Part shown: positions 30,849 through 44,394 of the stretch, one piece after another
How positions within the stretch are numbered: the first letter of the stretch is position 1
Layout: the number at the start of each line of letters is the position of its first letter
Program-made: the position numbers and the translations under genes
The notes under the pieces: generated by a model
The model's input: the letters and a program-made list of their open reading frames with translations, nothing else
Database searches by the model: none
Told to the model about the DNA's origin: nothing
Origin: an uncultured Candidatus Binatia bacterium
GTDB lineage: Bacteria > Desulfobacterota > Binatia > Bin18
Reading direction: 5' to 3'
Assembly: GCA_965200965.1 (NCBI GenBank)
Contig: OZ241744.1
Location: 2,816,001-2,880,000, forward strand
Length of the DNA: 64,000 nucleotides

Positions 30849-32375
30849 ATGCTGGCAACGGCGCTGTCGGGCGCATTAGTAGGTATTGATGGGCTGCTGG
30901 TAGAAGTTGAAGTTGATGTCGCCCTCGGCTTACCCCAGTTCACCACCGTCGGCCTGCCTGAAGGAGCGGTCCGCGAGAGCAAAGACCGCGTTCGCTCGGC
31001 TATCAAAAACTCCGGCTATGCGTTTCCCTCGCGGAAAATCACCGTCAACCTCGCCCCGGCCGATATCAAAAAAGAAGGCTCGGCCTACGACCTGCCGATC
31101 GCCCTTGGCATCCTGGCCGCCGAGGGCTGGCTGGAGAAAGACCGGCTCGCCGAGTATGTGCTGCTCGGAGAACTCTCTCTCGACGGTCGGGTAAAGCCCA
31201 TCCAGGGCATCCTGCCCCTGGCGGTCATGGCCAGGGAGCGGGGCCTCAAGGGCATCGTCGTCCCCCGCGACAACGCGGCTGAGGCGGCGGTGGTTGAGGG
31301 CGTCAAGGTGTTTGGCGTGGCCAGCCTTGGCGAGGCGTTTCTGTTTCTCAACCAGGAGCGGGACATCGCCCCGGAGTTGGTCAATCTCGAAGACGTGTTT
31401 GCCGCCCACTCCGGCTATGAGCTTGATTTTCACGATGTCAAAGGCCAGGACCACGTCAAGCGCGCCTTTGAGGTTGCCGCCAGCGGCGGGCATAATCTGC
31501 TGCTGGTCGGACCGCCCGGGGCCGGAAAAACCATGCTGGCACGCCGCCTGCCGACCATCCTGCCCGATATGACCCTGGCCGAGGCCATTGACGCCACCAA
31601 GGTCCACAGCGTTGCCGGGCTGCTGGACGGCAACGCCCTGGTTGCCACCCGCCCGTTCCGCTCGCCGCACCACACGATTTCCGACGCCGGTCTGATCGGT
31701 GGCGGGGCGATTCCCAAGCCGGGCGAGGTCTCGCTGGCCCATCACGGGGTGTTATTTCTGGACGAACTGCCGGAGTTCCGCAAAAACGTGCTGGAGGTCC
31801 TGCGCCAACCGCTGGAAGACGCCCGGGTGACCATCTCGCGGGCGCTGGGGTCCATCACCTACCCGGCCAACATCATGCTGGTCGCGGCCATGAACCCCTG
31901 CCCGTGCGGATTCTTCGGCGACCCCCAGCACGAGTGTCGCTGCACCCCGCAGCAGATTCAGCGCTACCGGGCCAAGGTGTCCGGGCCGCTGCTGGACCGG
32001 ATCGACATTCAGATTGAGGTCCCGGCCGTGGCCTACAAAGAGCTGAGCGAAGAGCAAACGGCTGAGGACTCGGCTACGCTGCGGGGGCGGGTGAACCGCG
32101 CCCGACAGGTCCAGCTCGGGCGCTTTGCCGGGCGACGGGTGTTCTGCAACGCCCATATGATCAGCCAGGACATCGGCCAGGTCTGTCAGCCCGACGAGGC
32201 CGGCGGAACGCTGCTGGAGAGCGCCATGACCCGGCTCGGGCTGAGCGCCCGGGCCTATACCCGGATTCTGAAAGTCGCCCGGACGATTGCCGACCTGGCC
32301 GACGAGGACCACATCGGCGGGGCGCACATTGCCGAAGCGATTCAGTACCGGGCACTTGACCGCAAGTTGGGCTGA
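30849..32375 (+). CDS. comM: YifB/ComM family Mg-chelatase-like AAA+ ATPase
   Basis: [49 protein letters not shown]. Confidence 0.93.
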   Translation: MLATALSGALVGIDGLLVEVEVDVALGLPQFTTVGLPEGAVRESKDRVRSAIKNSGYAFPSRKITVNLAPADIKKEGSAYDLPIALGILAAEGWLEKDRLAEYVLLGELSLDGRVKPIQGILPLAVMARERGLKGIVVPRDNAAEAAVVEGVKVFGVASLGEAFLFLNQERDIAPELVNLEDVFAAHSGYELDFHDVKGQDHVKRAFEVAASGGHNLLLVGPPGAGKTMLARRLPTILPDMTLAEAIDATKVHSVAGLLDGNALVATRPFRSPHHTISDAGLIGGGAIPKPGEVSLAHHGVLFLDELPEFRKNVLEVLRQPLEDARVTISRALGSITYPANIMLVAAMNPCPCGFFGDPQHECRCTPQQIQRYRAKVSGPLLDRIDIQIEVPAVAYKELSEEQTAEDSATLRGRVNRARQVQLGRFAGRRVFCNAHMISQDIGQVCQPDEAGGTLLESAMTRLGLSARAYTRILKVARTIADLADEDHIGGAHIAEAIQYRALDRKLG

Positions 32376-32406
32376 GGGACGGCAGGGGTCGCGCCGATAT
32401 ACAAGC

Positions 32407-32956
32407 GTGCTGATTGAGATTGACACCGTCAGGCGGCGACAGGCCGAGATTGAGGCCGAGTTGACCAGCCTGCGCGCGACCACGCGGGCCGCTGAAACAC
32501 CAGGTGCCCGGCTGGAAGTACTCAAGGCCCGGGCCGATGTGCTGCGCACCCTGTCCCTGGTTCATGCCCGGCTCGCCCGGGGGGAGCCGGAGAATCTGGC
32601 CCGGCTGGCCGACTACCGCCCCCCGGACAGCGAGCGGCTGTATGTCTTTGTCGTGGCGCGTCCTGCTGGAGGTCTCGCTGGTGGCCGGGCCGAGCGCTTC
32701 GCCACTCTCAGCCCGGAATTTGCTCAGCACCTTTTGTGTCTATCCGCAACGGGTCGGCAGCAGCGCGTTTGTGTTTCGCAGCTTTCCTGTCTGGCTGCCC
32801 GAGACCGTATCAGCCGAGTGTGTTGAGGAGGCCGTATGCCGGTTTTTCCGGGAGAATTTTCCGATACCCGGCGGCCCTGGTGTAGGATCATCCCAATTTT
32901 CATCGCGTCGCCGAACTCATGCGGCTGGGCTGGTGGGAGAGGCTGCATGTGCATAA
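32407..32956 (+). pseudogene. Hypothetical gene with a possible frameshift near 32655
   Basis: GC3-rich codon pattern shifts from the 32287-32826 frame to the 32504-32956 frame; no family recognised. Confidence 0.35.
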
Positions 32957-33032
32957 AGCCGGAAAGGAGCCGGAGCCTCACCGAGACTCCGGCTTTGGAC
33001 GCCGCTGAGTTGTCCGGGGCCGGACCGAGACG

Positions 33033-34328
33033 CTAGGCGGCCTTGAGATCAGGCACGACGGGGTCGCGTTTGCCCGAGGCCGGCAGCGGGCGGGTACCGG
33101 GCTGCTGTTCAAACGGACCGGGCAGGTTGAACTCTTTGGCCATCTCGCGCATGGCCGGCAGGACTTCTTCACCCAAGAGCCGCAGGCAGGTCTTGCGCTC
33201 CTCAAAGGTCATCGGGCCGTGGTGGTACCAGATGCCGAAGATCCCCGGCCGGAGCTGTTCAAGCATATGCCGGAGCTTGGCAATGACGGTCTTGGGCGTG
33301 CCGGCGATAATCAGGCCGGCCTCTTTGGCGTTCTTGTAGTTCTCGTCAATGCTGTCCAACACTTCCTGGACGTTGATGTTGCCCTCGGTCTGGCGGATGA
33401 TTTCGGTTCCGGTCCGTGGGTCGGTCAGGGCTGCGGCCAGCCGCTTGGTGGCTGCTTTGGAGTTGTAGCCCGGCGGGAACATCCACTCGGGCCGGGCAAA
33501 CGAGCCAAACCCGCCGCCGTACACAAAGCCGCGGCCCAAGCGTTCGGCCTCTTCCTCGGTCTCAGCCACCACCACATTCTGGAGATAGCCGAAGTTCTCC
33601 GGTCCGGCCTGATAGCCCTCCCGCTCGGCCACATCGGCGTACAGGTTGACCATCTCAATGGTCGGCTCCAGGTTGGTGCCCAGCGCAACATAGGGGTAGC
33701 GGTGCTGGGCCGACCACACCACGGTTTCGGGGCTGACAAGGCCGGGAATCCACTGCTGGGGCACCGGCTTCTGGACCGGCAACTGCCAGGGGTTGACGAA
33801 ACGATAGTGAAAATGCTTGCCCTCGTAGCGCCACGGGCCGGGCCTGGTCCAGGCCTGGTTGATGAAGTCGTGGGCTTCGTTGAAGCGCTCGCGGTTGTGG
33901 GCCGGGTTGATGTTGTTGGCGAGCTGCTCACTGCCCGCGCCGCGCACCCAGCCGGGCACGAGCCGCCCGCCCGAGATCATGTCGATGGTGGCCAACTCTT
34001 CGGCCAGCCGCAGCGGGTCGCCCACCGGCAGGGGGTTGCCGAGCAGGACGATTTTGACCCGGTTGGTGATCCGGGCCAGAATTGAGGCTTCAACGTCCAT
34101 CACCCCGCCGCCGCAGAACGGGGTCTGGTGGTGTTCGTTGAGCATCACCCCGTCAAAGCCCAACTCTTCGGCGTAGACCCGCTCGTCGAGGTACTCGTTC
34201 ATGAGTTGGCCGCCGCGTTGGGCGTCAAACGCCGTGTTGGGGATGCCGAAATAGCTTGGACCATTTTCGATGATGGCCTTTTCCGGGACATCGATATATT
34301 CCCGTTCCGAGAAAGACATGATGTGCAT
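33033..34328 (-). CDS. LLM class flavin-dependent oxidoreductase
   Basis: AEELGFDGVMLNEHH, RLAEELATIDMISGGRL, PVQKP. Confidence 0.93.
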   Translation of the reverse strand: MHIMSFSEREYIDVPEKAIIENGPSYFGIPNTAFDAQRGGQLMNEYLDERVYAEELGFDGVMLNEHHQTPFCGGGVMDVEASILARITNRVKIVLLGNPLPVGDPLRLAEELATIDMISGGRLVPGWVRGAGSEQLANNINPAHNRERFNEAHDFINQAWTRPGPWRYEGKHFHYRFVNPWQLPVQKPVPQQWIPGLVSPETVVWSAQHRYPYVALGTNLEPTIEMVNLYADVAEREGYQAGPENFGYLQNVVVAETEEEAERLGRGFVYGGGFGSFARPEWMFPPGYNSKAATKRLAAALTDPRTGTEIIRQTEGNINVQEVLDSIDENYKNAKEAGLIIAGTPKTVIAKLRHMLEQLRPGIFGIWYHHGPMTFEERKTCLRLLGEEVLPAMREMAKEFNLPGPFEQQPGTRPLPASGKRDPVVPDLKAA

Positions 34329-34505
34329 ACTACTTCCTCCTTTGCTGTCTGACAGACATGGTTAGTAGCTCTTCCTTAGCACCAAATGGCCGGCGCGGCA
34401 ATGAGAGGCGGCCCGCACTTGAAGAAAAGGTTTAGCGCAAGTGAAACTGGCGGAGGACGCCCGCCACTTCGGGCACCACTTCGGGGTGTGCTGGCCCAAG
34501 GCCCG

Positions 34506-35087
34506 TCAGGCTTCCACCAGGGCGTCCAGCCGTCGGCGATTGTTACCGATGTCTTCCTCCAGGCTGCGGACGCTGCGCTCAAAGGGCCGCAGCATGGTCC
34601 GCCGGTCCCACAGGGCAAAGCCGAGAATGGCCGCGACCAGGGTACTGAAGGCGGCCAGCAGGGCCAGGGTGAGGTGGAACTGCCGGGCAAACTGCCCGGT
34701 CATCTCTTCCCGCAACTGCTGCATCTGTTGGCCGATGTCGGTGCGGAGTTGCTCGTTCTGCCGGTTCATATCTTCCCGGAGTTGCTCGTTCTGCCGGTTC
34801 ATATCTTCCCGGAGTTGCTGCATATCCGCACGGAGTTGCTCGTTCTGCCGGTTCATATCTTCCCGGAGTTGCTGCATATCCGCGCGGAGTTGCTCGTTCT
34901 GCCGGTTCATATCTTCCCGGAGTTGCTGCATATCCGCACGGAGTCCGCCCTGCCCCTCTTCAAGCCGTGCCAGCCGCTCGGCGATCTCCCGGTCAGGCAA
35001 GGCCGGCGTGGCCTCCACCGCCCCGGCCGGGTGAGGCAGGAGCAGCCCGGTCAGGAGGACGAGCCAGGCGACACGCAGCTTGCTCAT
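34506..35087 (-). CDS. Signal peptide + coiled-coil + TM protein, copy A (premature TGA)
   Basis: QLRADMQ/QLREDMNRQNE repeats and a TM helix. Lacks the last 21 aa of copy C because TTG is replaced by TGA. Confidence 0.75.
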   Translation of the reverse strand: MSKLRVAWLVLLTGLLLPHPAGAVEATPALPDREIAERLARLEEGQGGLRADMQQLREDMNRQNEQLRADMQQLREDMNRQNEQLRADMQQLREDMNRQNEQLREDMNRQNEQLRTDIGQQMQQLREEMTGQFARQFHLTLALLAAFSTLVAAILGFALWDRRTMLRPFERSVRSLEEDIGNNRRRLDALVEA

Positions 35088-35093
35088 GGGGCT

Positions 35094-35122
35094 ATTCAAG
35101 GCCGGGCCAGCGGGAATGTCAA
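35094..35122 (-). promoter_or_regulatory. Putative leaderless promoter repeated before each coiled-coil gene
   Basis: TTGACA-17-TTGAAT-6 nt-ATG with no SD. Repeated near 44950-44978 and 51280-51308, with a variant near 54045-54075. The -10 match is weak. Confidence 0.4.
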
Positions 35123-35164
35123 GCTGCGGGCAGAGCCTTGAGCGGGCGGGGCCGGCCAGCCCCG

Positions 35165-38100
35165 TTACTCAAGGTTCGTAATCACAAAGTTCTGGGAGGA
35201 TTGCTGCCAGTCCAGGGTGACGGTCTCGCCGGCCCGCGGAAAGTCGGCCACCACCGCTTGGCCGCTGGCCCCGCGGACGAACTCCTCGCCTAAGGTCGTC
35301 ACGATGAAGGTCGCCCGGCTGAACTCCACCCCATCGGCCAAGGCCCGGATGGTATGTTCGCCGTCACCGATCAGGTTCCAGTTGAACAGCAGCCCAAAGC
35401 CGTTGTTGCCGTCGTTGCCGCACGCCTCAGCCGTATCGGCCCGGCCCGTGCCAGAGGCCGCCGCCAGCCGGTGGATGGCGTTGATCTCAAGCTCGACCCT
35501 CCCGGCCTCACACACCCAGCCCGAGATCACGCTGATACCACTCTGGAAGGAGCCGCCGGCCGGGTTTTCCAGGACGCCGTTCTGCCCGGTCGGCGGCGAG
35601 ACAGCCACGGCGGCCGAGAGCGGGGCCAGCCTGAAGCTCTGGCTACCCTCTTGCCACACCAGCCGGACCTGCTCGCCCGGGGATGGAAAGTCGGGCACAC
35701 GGGTCTCGCCACTGGCCCCCCTGATGAACTCCTCGCCTAAGGTCGTCACGGTGAAGGTGGCCCGGTCAAACTCGACCCCGTCGGCCAAGGCCCGGATGGT
35801 ATGTTCGCCGTCACCGATCAGGTTCCAGTTGAACAGCAGCCCAAAGCCGTTGTTGCCGTCGTTGCCGCACGCCTCAGCCGTATCGGCCCGGCCGGTACCA
35901 GCGGCGGCTTCCAGGATATGCGTGCCGTCCACCTCTAAGGTGATCGCCCCCCTGGCGCACGTCCAGCCCGAGATCAGCCCAATGCCGCTCTGGGAGGAAT
36001 CCGGCTCGGGGTTCTCCAGGACCCCGACCAAGACGGTGACGGTGAAGGTGGCCCGGTCAAACTCGACCCCGTCGGCCAAGGCCCGGATGGTATGTTGGCC
36101 AGCACCGATCTCGTCCCAGTCAACCTGCAACGCAAAACCCACATCGGCCTGGCCCCCGCAGTTTCCGGCCGCATCGGCCCGGCTGGTGCGAGCGGCTGTT
36201 CCGATAGACATGCCGTCCACCTCCAAGGTGATCACCCCCTGGCTGCACGTCCAGCCCGAGATCCGCCCGGTGCCACCGTGCGAGGAACCCTGACCGGGGT
36301 TCTCCAGGACCCCGACCCCGTCCAAAGACTGGGGGGGAGGGGGAGTACCGCCCCCGCCACCGCCCCCGCGGCCGGTGTTATCTGGGGGGGTCTCCGGGGG
36401 AGTTTCCACCTGGGGGGGGGTCTCCGGCCGGGGAGGGTCTGGAGGGTCTGGGGGGGTCTCCGGCCGGGGTGGGACTTCGGTGAAGGACGGGAACCCGAAG
36501 ATATTGGCGCAGAGTTGACCGCTGGAGTGCTCTGAGGACAGGACGCGCCAAGTGGTTCCGGCCCGCCCGACGATCCGGGGGGCGGGGGCGTTACTCAGGT
36601 CGCCCAGCAGGGGCAAACACACCCGCACGGCTTGGCTAGGATTGAGGGGGACTACATTCCCCGCCGCATTCCGGAAAAGGATGTTGGCGAAGACGGGGAG
36701 CGTCCCGAAATCCAGCGGGGGGGTCGGACTGGCCACCACGGAGAAGGGGCGCGCGTTCGCGTGGCCCGGCGACAAGGCGGAAAAATACTCGACATCGGAG
36801 GTGAGGCCGGTGCCCGCCTCGGAGAGTGTGGCGGGCTGGTGTTTGTGAGCGGTGAAGCTGGCGGGCCAGTGATAGAGAGCCCACGCCGCCGGCGGGCGTT
36901 GGCGTTGAGCGGCCCGGTATGCCAGGCGGGTGAGGGTGTTATGGGCTTCCCCCGGGATAATGTTTCGGATGTTGAAGAGGGTGTGCTCGAGCCGCCCGCT
37001 CACATCAAACACGCTTCGGCCTGCTTGGCTGCCATTGATGCCATACTCGGAGGCATAGAGATCCAGCGTGCTGCTGCCGATGACCGTGTTCCAGGACCCG
37101 TCGACCGTGACGGTGTTACTCCCCCCGCTGCCATCAAGCCCCATCCTGATCCCAAAGCCTGCTCTGGTGATGTAATTGCGTGACAGCGTGGCGGCCACCT
37201 GACTGCGAGTCCCGGCACTGGTGGTGCTGGTGATATCAATCCCGGTGCCTGCGCCGGTGATGCGGTTGGCCGACAGCGTGGTGGCCAGGGTGCTTGTCGC
37301 CGTGTTGCGGAGAGAAGTCCGAAGGTACACGCCGGTCGCGCTGGTGGTGATCGTATTGTCGGCCACGATGAGGTCCACGCTACTCGTCGCCGTGCTGCTG
37401 AGGGTCTTGTGCAGGTACACGCCGGTCGCGTGGCTGCCGGGCGTCTGCGAGATATCATTCTCGCGGATGGTTACGGCGGCGCAGCCGGGGCCGCTGTCCA
37501 ACTCAATGGCGCGGGGCGTGGAAGTGGCTGTGGAAGAGGCGACCAGGACATTATCGGAGAGGGTGACCCGGGCAGTGAGCGGGCAGTTCGGGGAGGATGC
37601 GACGGCGATCCCCGCACCGGCGAAATTGACGATATCGAACCCCTGCACGGTGGCGGTGGGGGAGGAGATGTGCAGCACGCTACGCTCGGCAAGGGGGCGC
37701 GCTGAATCAGTGGGAAGCTGTGACCCATCAAGCGTCATATCGACAGGCCGCCCGGCTGGGTCCTGGGCGAGGAGCCGGGTGTTGCCAGCGAGCGGCAGCG
37801 GGCTGGTGGGTGTGATGGTGCCGCCGCTGAGAGTCGGGTCGAAGATGATCGCCGTTGGGGTCGAGGTGGCGTTGGCCAAGTTCAACAGATAGGGGAGGGA
37901 CCCCGGCGTAGCGGCATCATCGGTGAGGGTGGTGACGGTGGAGGTGGCCATGAACGGGGAGGAGGTGGCCGTAGACGGGGGGGGGCTGGGGGGCTGGCGC
38001 AGGCTGAAATCAGCGCAGATTTGACTGCCCGCCCGCTCCGAGGACAGGGCCCGCCACGACGCGCCGGCCCGCCCGACGATCCGGGGGGCGGGGGCGTCAC

Positions 38101-41100
38101 TCAGGTCGCCCAGCAGGGGCAAACACACCCGCACGGCTTGGCTAGGATCGAGGGGGACTACATTCCCCGCCGCATTCCGGAAAAGGATGTTGGCGAAGAC
38201 GGGGAGCGTCCCGAAATCCAGCGGGGGGGTCGGACTGGCCACCACGGAGAAGGGGCGCGCGTCCGCGTGGCCCGGCGACAAGGCGGAAAAATACTCGACA
38301 TCGGAGGTGAGGCCGGTGCCCGCCTCGGAGAGCGTGGCGGGCTGGTGTTTGTGAGCGGTGAAGCTGGCGGGCCAGTGATAGAGAGCCCACGCCGCCGGCG
38401 GGCGTTGGCGTTGAGCGGCCCGGTATGCCTGGCGGGTGAGGGCGTTATGGGCTTCCCCCGGGATAATGTTTCGGATGTTGAAAAGGGTATGCTCGAGCCG
38501 CCCGCTCACATCAAACCCGCTTCGGCCCCCTTGACTGCCATTGACGCCATACTCGGAGGCATAGAGATCCAGCGTGCTGCTGCCGATGACCGTGTTCCAG
38601 GACCCGTCGACCGTGACGGTGTTACTCCCCCCGCTGCCATCAAGCCCCATCCTGATCCCAAAGCCTGCTCTGGTGATGTAATTGCGTGACAGCGTGGCGG
38701 CCACCTGACTGCGAGTCCCGGCACTGGTGGTGCTGGTGATATCAATCCCGGTGCCTGCGCCGGTGATGCGGTTGGCCGACAGCGTGGTGGCCAGGGTGCT
38801 TGTCGCCGTGTTGCGGAGAGAAGTCCGAAGGTACACGCCGGTCGCGCTGGTGGTGATCGTATTGTCGGCCACGATGAGGTCCACGCTACTCGTCGCCGTG
38901 CTGCTGAGGGTCTTGTGCAGGTACACGCCGGTCGCGTGGCTGCCGGGCGTCTGCGAGATATCATTCTCGCGGATGGTTACGGCGGCGCAGCCGGGGCCGC
39001 TGTCCAACTCAATGGCGCGGGGCGTGGAAGTGGCTGTGGAAGAGGCGACCAGGACATTATCGGAGAGGGTGACCCGGGCAGTGAGCGGGCAGTTCGGGGA
39101 GGATGCGACGGCGATCCCCGCACCGGCGAAATTGACGATATCGAACCCCTGCACGGTGGCGGTGGGGGAGGAGATGTGCAGCACGCTACGCTCGGCAAGG
39201 GGGCGCGCTGAATCAGTGGGAAGCTGTGACCCATCAAGCGTCATATCGACAGGCCGCCCGGCTGGGTCCTGGGCGAGGAGCCGGGTGTTGCCAGCGAGCG
39301 GCAGCGGGCTGGTGGGTGTGATGGTGCCGCCGCTGAGAGTCGGGTCGAAGATGATCGCCGTTGGGGTCGAGGTGGCGTTGGCCAAGTTCAACAGATAGGG
39401 GAGGGACCCCGGCGTAGCGGCATCATCGGTGAGGGTGGTGACGGTGGAGGTGGCCATGAACGGGGAGGAGGTGGCCGTAGACGGGGGGGGGCTGGGGGGC
39501 TGGCGCAGGCTGAAATCAGCGCAGATTTGACTGCCCGCCCGCTCCGAGGACAGGGCCCGCCACGACGCGCCGGCCCGCCCGACGATCCGGGGGGCGGGGG
39601 CGTCACTCAGGTCGCCCAGCAGGGGCAAACACACCCGCACGGCTTGGCTAGGATCGAGGGGGACTACATTCCCCGCCGCATTCCGGAAAAGGATGTTGGC
39701 GAAGACGGGGAGCGTCCCGAAATCCAGCGGGGGGGTCGGACTGGCCACCACGGAGAAGGGGCGCGCGTCCGCGTGGCCCGGCGACAAGGCGGAAAAATAC
39801 TCGACATCGGAGGTGAGGCCGGTGCCCGCCTCGGAGAGCGTGGCGGGCTGGTGTTTGTGAGCGGTGAAGCTGGCGGGCCAGTGATAGAGAGCCCACGCCG
39901 CCGGCGGGCGTTGGCGTTGAGCGGCCCGGTATGCCTGGCGGGTGAGGGCGTTATGGGCTTCCCCCGGGATAATGTTTCGGATGTTGAAAAGGGTATGCTC
40001 GAGCCGCCCGCTCACATCAAACCCGCTTCGGCCCCCTTGACTGCCATTGACGCCATACTCGGAGGCATAGAGATCCAGCGTGCTGCTGCCGATGACCGTG
40101 TTCCAGGACCCGTCGACCGTGACGGTGTTACTCCCCCCGCTGCCATCAAGCCCCATCCTGATCCCAAAGCCTGCTCTGGTGATGTAATTGCGTGACAGCG
40201 TGGCGGCCACCTGACTGCGAGTCCCGGCACTGGTGGTGCTGGTGATATCAATCCCGGTGCCTGCGCCGGTGATGCGGTTGGCCGACAGCGTGGTGGCCAG
40301 GGTGCTTGTCGCCGTGTTGCGGAGAGAAGTCCGAAGGTACACGCCGGTCGCGCTGGTGGTGATCGTATTGTCGGCCACGATGAGGTCCACGCTACTCGTC
40401 GCCGTGCTGCTGAGGGTCTTGTGCAGGTACACGCCGGTCGCGTGGCTGCCGGGCGTCTGCGAGATATCATTCTCGCGGATGGTTACGGCGGCGCAGCCGG
40501 GGCCGCTGTCCAACTCAATGGCGCGGGGCGTGGAAGTGGCTGTGGAAGAGGCGACCAGGACATTATCGGAGAGGGTGACCCGGGCAGTGAGCGGGCAGTT
40601 CGGGGAGGATGCGACGGCGATCCCCGCACCGGCGAAATTGACGATATCGAACCCCTGCACGGTGGCGGTGGGGGAGGAGATGTGCAGCACGCTACGCTCG
40701 GCAAGGGGGCGCGCTGAATCAGTGGGAAGCTGTGACCCATCAAGCGTCATATCGACAGGCCGCCCGGCTGGGTCCTGGGCGAGGAGCCGGGTGTTGCCAG
40801 CGAGCGGCAGCGGGCTGGTGGGTGTGATGGTGCCGCCGCTGAGAGTCGGGTCGAAGATGATCGCCGTTGGGGTCGAGGTGGCGTTGGCCAAGTTCAACAG
40901 ATAGGGGAGGGACCCCGGCGTAGCGGCATCATCGGTGAGGGTGGTGACGGTGGAGGTGGCCATGAACGGGGAGGAGGTGGCCGTAGACGGGGGGGGGCTG
41001 GGGGGCTGGCGCAGGCTGAAATCAGCGCAGATTTGACTGCCCGCCCGCTCCGAGGACAGGGCCCGCCACGACGCGCCGGCCCGCCAGGCGATCCGCGGGG

Positions 41101-44100
41101 CGTCGGCGTCGGCCAGGTCGGCCGGCAGAGGCAGACACACCCGCACGGGATGGGTAACCCCGAGGGTGACCACTTCACCGGTAAACCGGCTCTGATCAGC
41201 GAGAATGAGTTTGACGGCGACAGGCATGGTCCCGAAGTCCGGCGGGGGGGTCGGACTGGCCACCACGGAAAAGGCGTGCTGGTTAGCGAAGATCTGGTTC
41301 GGCCCGAAGGTGATCTGATATTCCTGGCTAAGGGTTCCGCTGCGCCTGAGGAACGTGGCGGCCTGGTATCGGTGGACGGTGAAGCTGGCGGGGAACCGAT
41401 AGCGAGTCCAAGGGGGTGGAAAGCGCGGGGGGCGGACAGCGGCCCGGTATGCGGAACGGGTGAAGGGGCCGGGGGACTCCCCTACTGCAATGTTTCTGCT
41501 GTTGAAGAGGGTGTGCTCGAGCCGCCCGCTCACATCAAACCCGCTTCGGCCTGCCTGGCTGCCATTGACGCCATACTCGGAGGCATAGAGATCCAGCGTG
41601 CTGCTGCCGATGACCACATTGCCGGTCCCGTTGACCGTGACGGTGTTGCTCCCCTCGCTGCCGTCAAGATGAATCCTCATCCCAAAGTCGGCTCTGGTGA
41701 TGTAATTGCGTGACAGCGTGGCGGCCACCTGACTGCGAGTCCCGGCACTGGTGGTGCTGGTGATATCAATCCCGGTGCCTGCGCCGGTGATGCGGTTGGC
41801 CGACAGCGTGGTGGCCAGGGTGCTCGTCGCCGTGTCGCTGAGAGAGGTCCGAAGGTACACGCCGGTCGCGCTGGTGGTGATCGTATTGTCGGCCACGATG
41901 AGGTCCACGCTACTCGTCGCCGTGTTGCTGAGGGTCTTGTGCAGGTACACGCCGGTCGCGCGTCTGTCCGGCGTCTGTGAGATATCATTCTCGCGGATGG
42001 TTACGGCGGTGCAGCCGGGGCCGCTGTCCAACTCAATCGCGCGGGCCGTGGAAGTCGCTGTGGAAGAGGCAGAGGCGACCAGGACATTATCGGCGATCGT
42101 GACCCGGGCATTGACCGGGCAGTTCGGGGAGGATGCGACGGCGATCCCCACCTCGTCGAAGACGATATTGAATCCCGAAACGGTGGCGGTGGGGGAGGAG
42201 ATGGTCAGCACCCTACGCTCGGCAAGGGGGCGCTCTGAATCAACGGGATACGGAATGAGGGTGATATCGACGGCCATCCCGTCTGCATCCTGGGCGAGGA
42301 GCCGGGTGTTGCCAGCGAGCGGCAGTGGGCTGTTGGGCTGGATGGTGCCGCCGTCGAGGGCCGGGTCAAAGATGATCGCCGTTGGTGTGGATGTAGCGTT
42401 GGCCTGGTTCAACAGATAGGGGAGGGACCCCAGCGTATTGGCATTATCGGTGAGGGTGGTGACGGTGGAGGTGGCCATGGGGGGGGGTATGCTGAAGAGC
42501 GGGAACCCGCGGAAATCGGCGCAGATTTCACTGCCTGACCGAGCCGAGGGCAGGGTGCGCCAGACGGTTCCGTCCAGCCAGGCGAGCCGTGGGTTGGAAG
42601 CCGACAGGTCGGCCGGCACGGGCAAACACACCCGCACGGGGTGGGTCAGCCCGAGGGTGGCCATCCGCCAGTCTGCATCCCGGGGAATGAGTCTGGCGAC
42701 GACGGGGACGGTCCCGAAGTCCGTTGAGGTGGCCTGCCCGGACACCACGGACACGGCCCGCTCAACCGCCGCGCTCGGGGTAAACTGGACCGGGTCGGCC
42801 AGGACATAGGTTTCCCCAATGATGGTGACGGTTACGATCTCGGTCTCGCCGTACCGGGTCCGGCGTCCGCCTGTGATACCCGCGGGGGGGAGCCGGTCTA
42901 CCTGGTATCGATGGACGGTGAAGCTGTTGGCCCTCTCCCTCACGCCTGAAAGGTTTGCGGCGTTGAAGATGGTGTCCTCGATCTGCCCGTTTATCTCGTA
43001 ACCCCCCTCTGAGGCGAAGATATCCGTCCTGCTGCTGCCGATGACCGTGTTGCTGGAACCGCTGACCGTGGCTCCGCCGCTTCCCCCGCTGCCGCTAAAC
43101 GCAATCCTGATCCCATTGTTTGCTCCGGTGATGCGATTGAGCGACAGATTGGTGTTTGTCTCAGCGCTGGACCCATTATTGGTGGTGTCCAGCGAAATCC
43201 CATTGCTTGCTCCGGTGATGTGATTGGCCGTCAGCCGAGCGTCCACCCTGTTGCTACTGCTGTCGGTGATATTATCGATGATCCTGATCCCGTTTGTTGC
43301 TCTGGTGATGCGATTGACCTCCAGATCGACATCCACCCTGTTGCTACTCCCGCCGCTGAGGATGTTGGTCAACAAAATCGCCTGGCCCGGTGTGGTGATC
43401 GTATTGTCGGACACGAAGGCGGCCACGCTGCTACTCGCCGTGCTCTGGAGGATATGACCAATGTAAATGCCGGTCGAGTTGGTGGTGATCGTATTGTCGG
43501 ACACGAAGAGGTCCACGCTACTCGTCGCCATGTTGCGGAGGATCTTTTGCAGGTAAATGCCGTTCGCCAGGCCTCCCGGCGTCTGCGAGATATCATTCGC
43601 GCGGATGGTCACGGCGGTGCAGCCGGCACCATCGCCCACCTGAATCGCGTTGGCCGAGGAAGTGGCGACCAGGACATTATCGGAGATCGTGACCCGGGCA
43701 TTGGCCGGGCAGTTCGGGGAGGCTGAGACGAAGATCCCCGCGCCAGCGAAATTGACGATGTCGAACCCCTGCACGGTGGCGGTGGGGGAGGAGATGGTCA
43801 GCACACTACGCTCGGCAATGGGATGCGCTGAATCAGTGGGAAGCTGTGACCCATCGAGGGTCATATCAATGGACATCCCGGCTGCATCCTGGGCAAGGAG
43901 CCGGATGTTGGCAGCGAGCGGCAGCGGGCTGGCGGGCGTGAGGGTGCCGCCACTGAGGGCCGGGTTGAAGATGATCGCCGTTGGGGTCGAGGTGGCGTTG
44001 GCCCGGTTCAGCAGATAGCGGAGGGACCCCGGCGTACTGGCCTCATCGGTGAGGCTGGTGACGGTGGAGGTGGCTGTTTGTGCCCTGAGCGCGGGGGCGA

Positions 44101-44223
44101 GGGCCAGCAGCAGGCCGCACAGGAGCAGCAGGCCGACAAGTCGAGCGGAACGCATAGTCATCGTCACTATCTGTGATCTTGGGGGGGGGGGGGGGGGTAG
44201 GATTCCTGGCTGTTTGCAATCAT
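35165..44223 (-). CDS. Giant secreted beta-helix repeat surface protein (5 modules); RBS-ATG out of frame across a C17 tract
   Basis: ~3000-codon ORF with signal peptide, five ~500-aa modules, Pro/Gly linker and three LENP..SG.G.ISGW.C domains. Confidence 0.85.
36560..41080. repeat. Three near-identical 1506-bp tandem repeats inside the giant gene
   Basis: Identical sequences and shadow ORFs recur at +1506 offsets (37000/38506/40012). Confidence 0.95.
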
Positions 44224-44394
44224 GGCTGCCTCCCTGAACCGGCATTGCAGGGTATTTCAGTCTCCTGGTGTTTGTGTGTCAAAGCGGCCTTCCCTGATGA
44301 GAGGCGGCCCGCACTTGAAGAAAGCGCAAGTGAAACTGGCGGAGGACGCTCGCCACTTCGGGCACCACTTCGGGGTGTGCTGGCCCAAGGCCCG

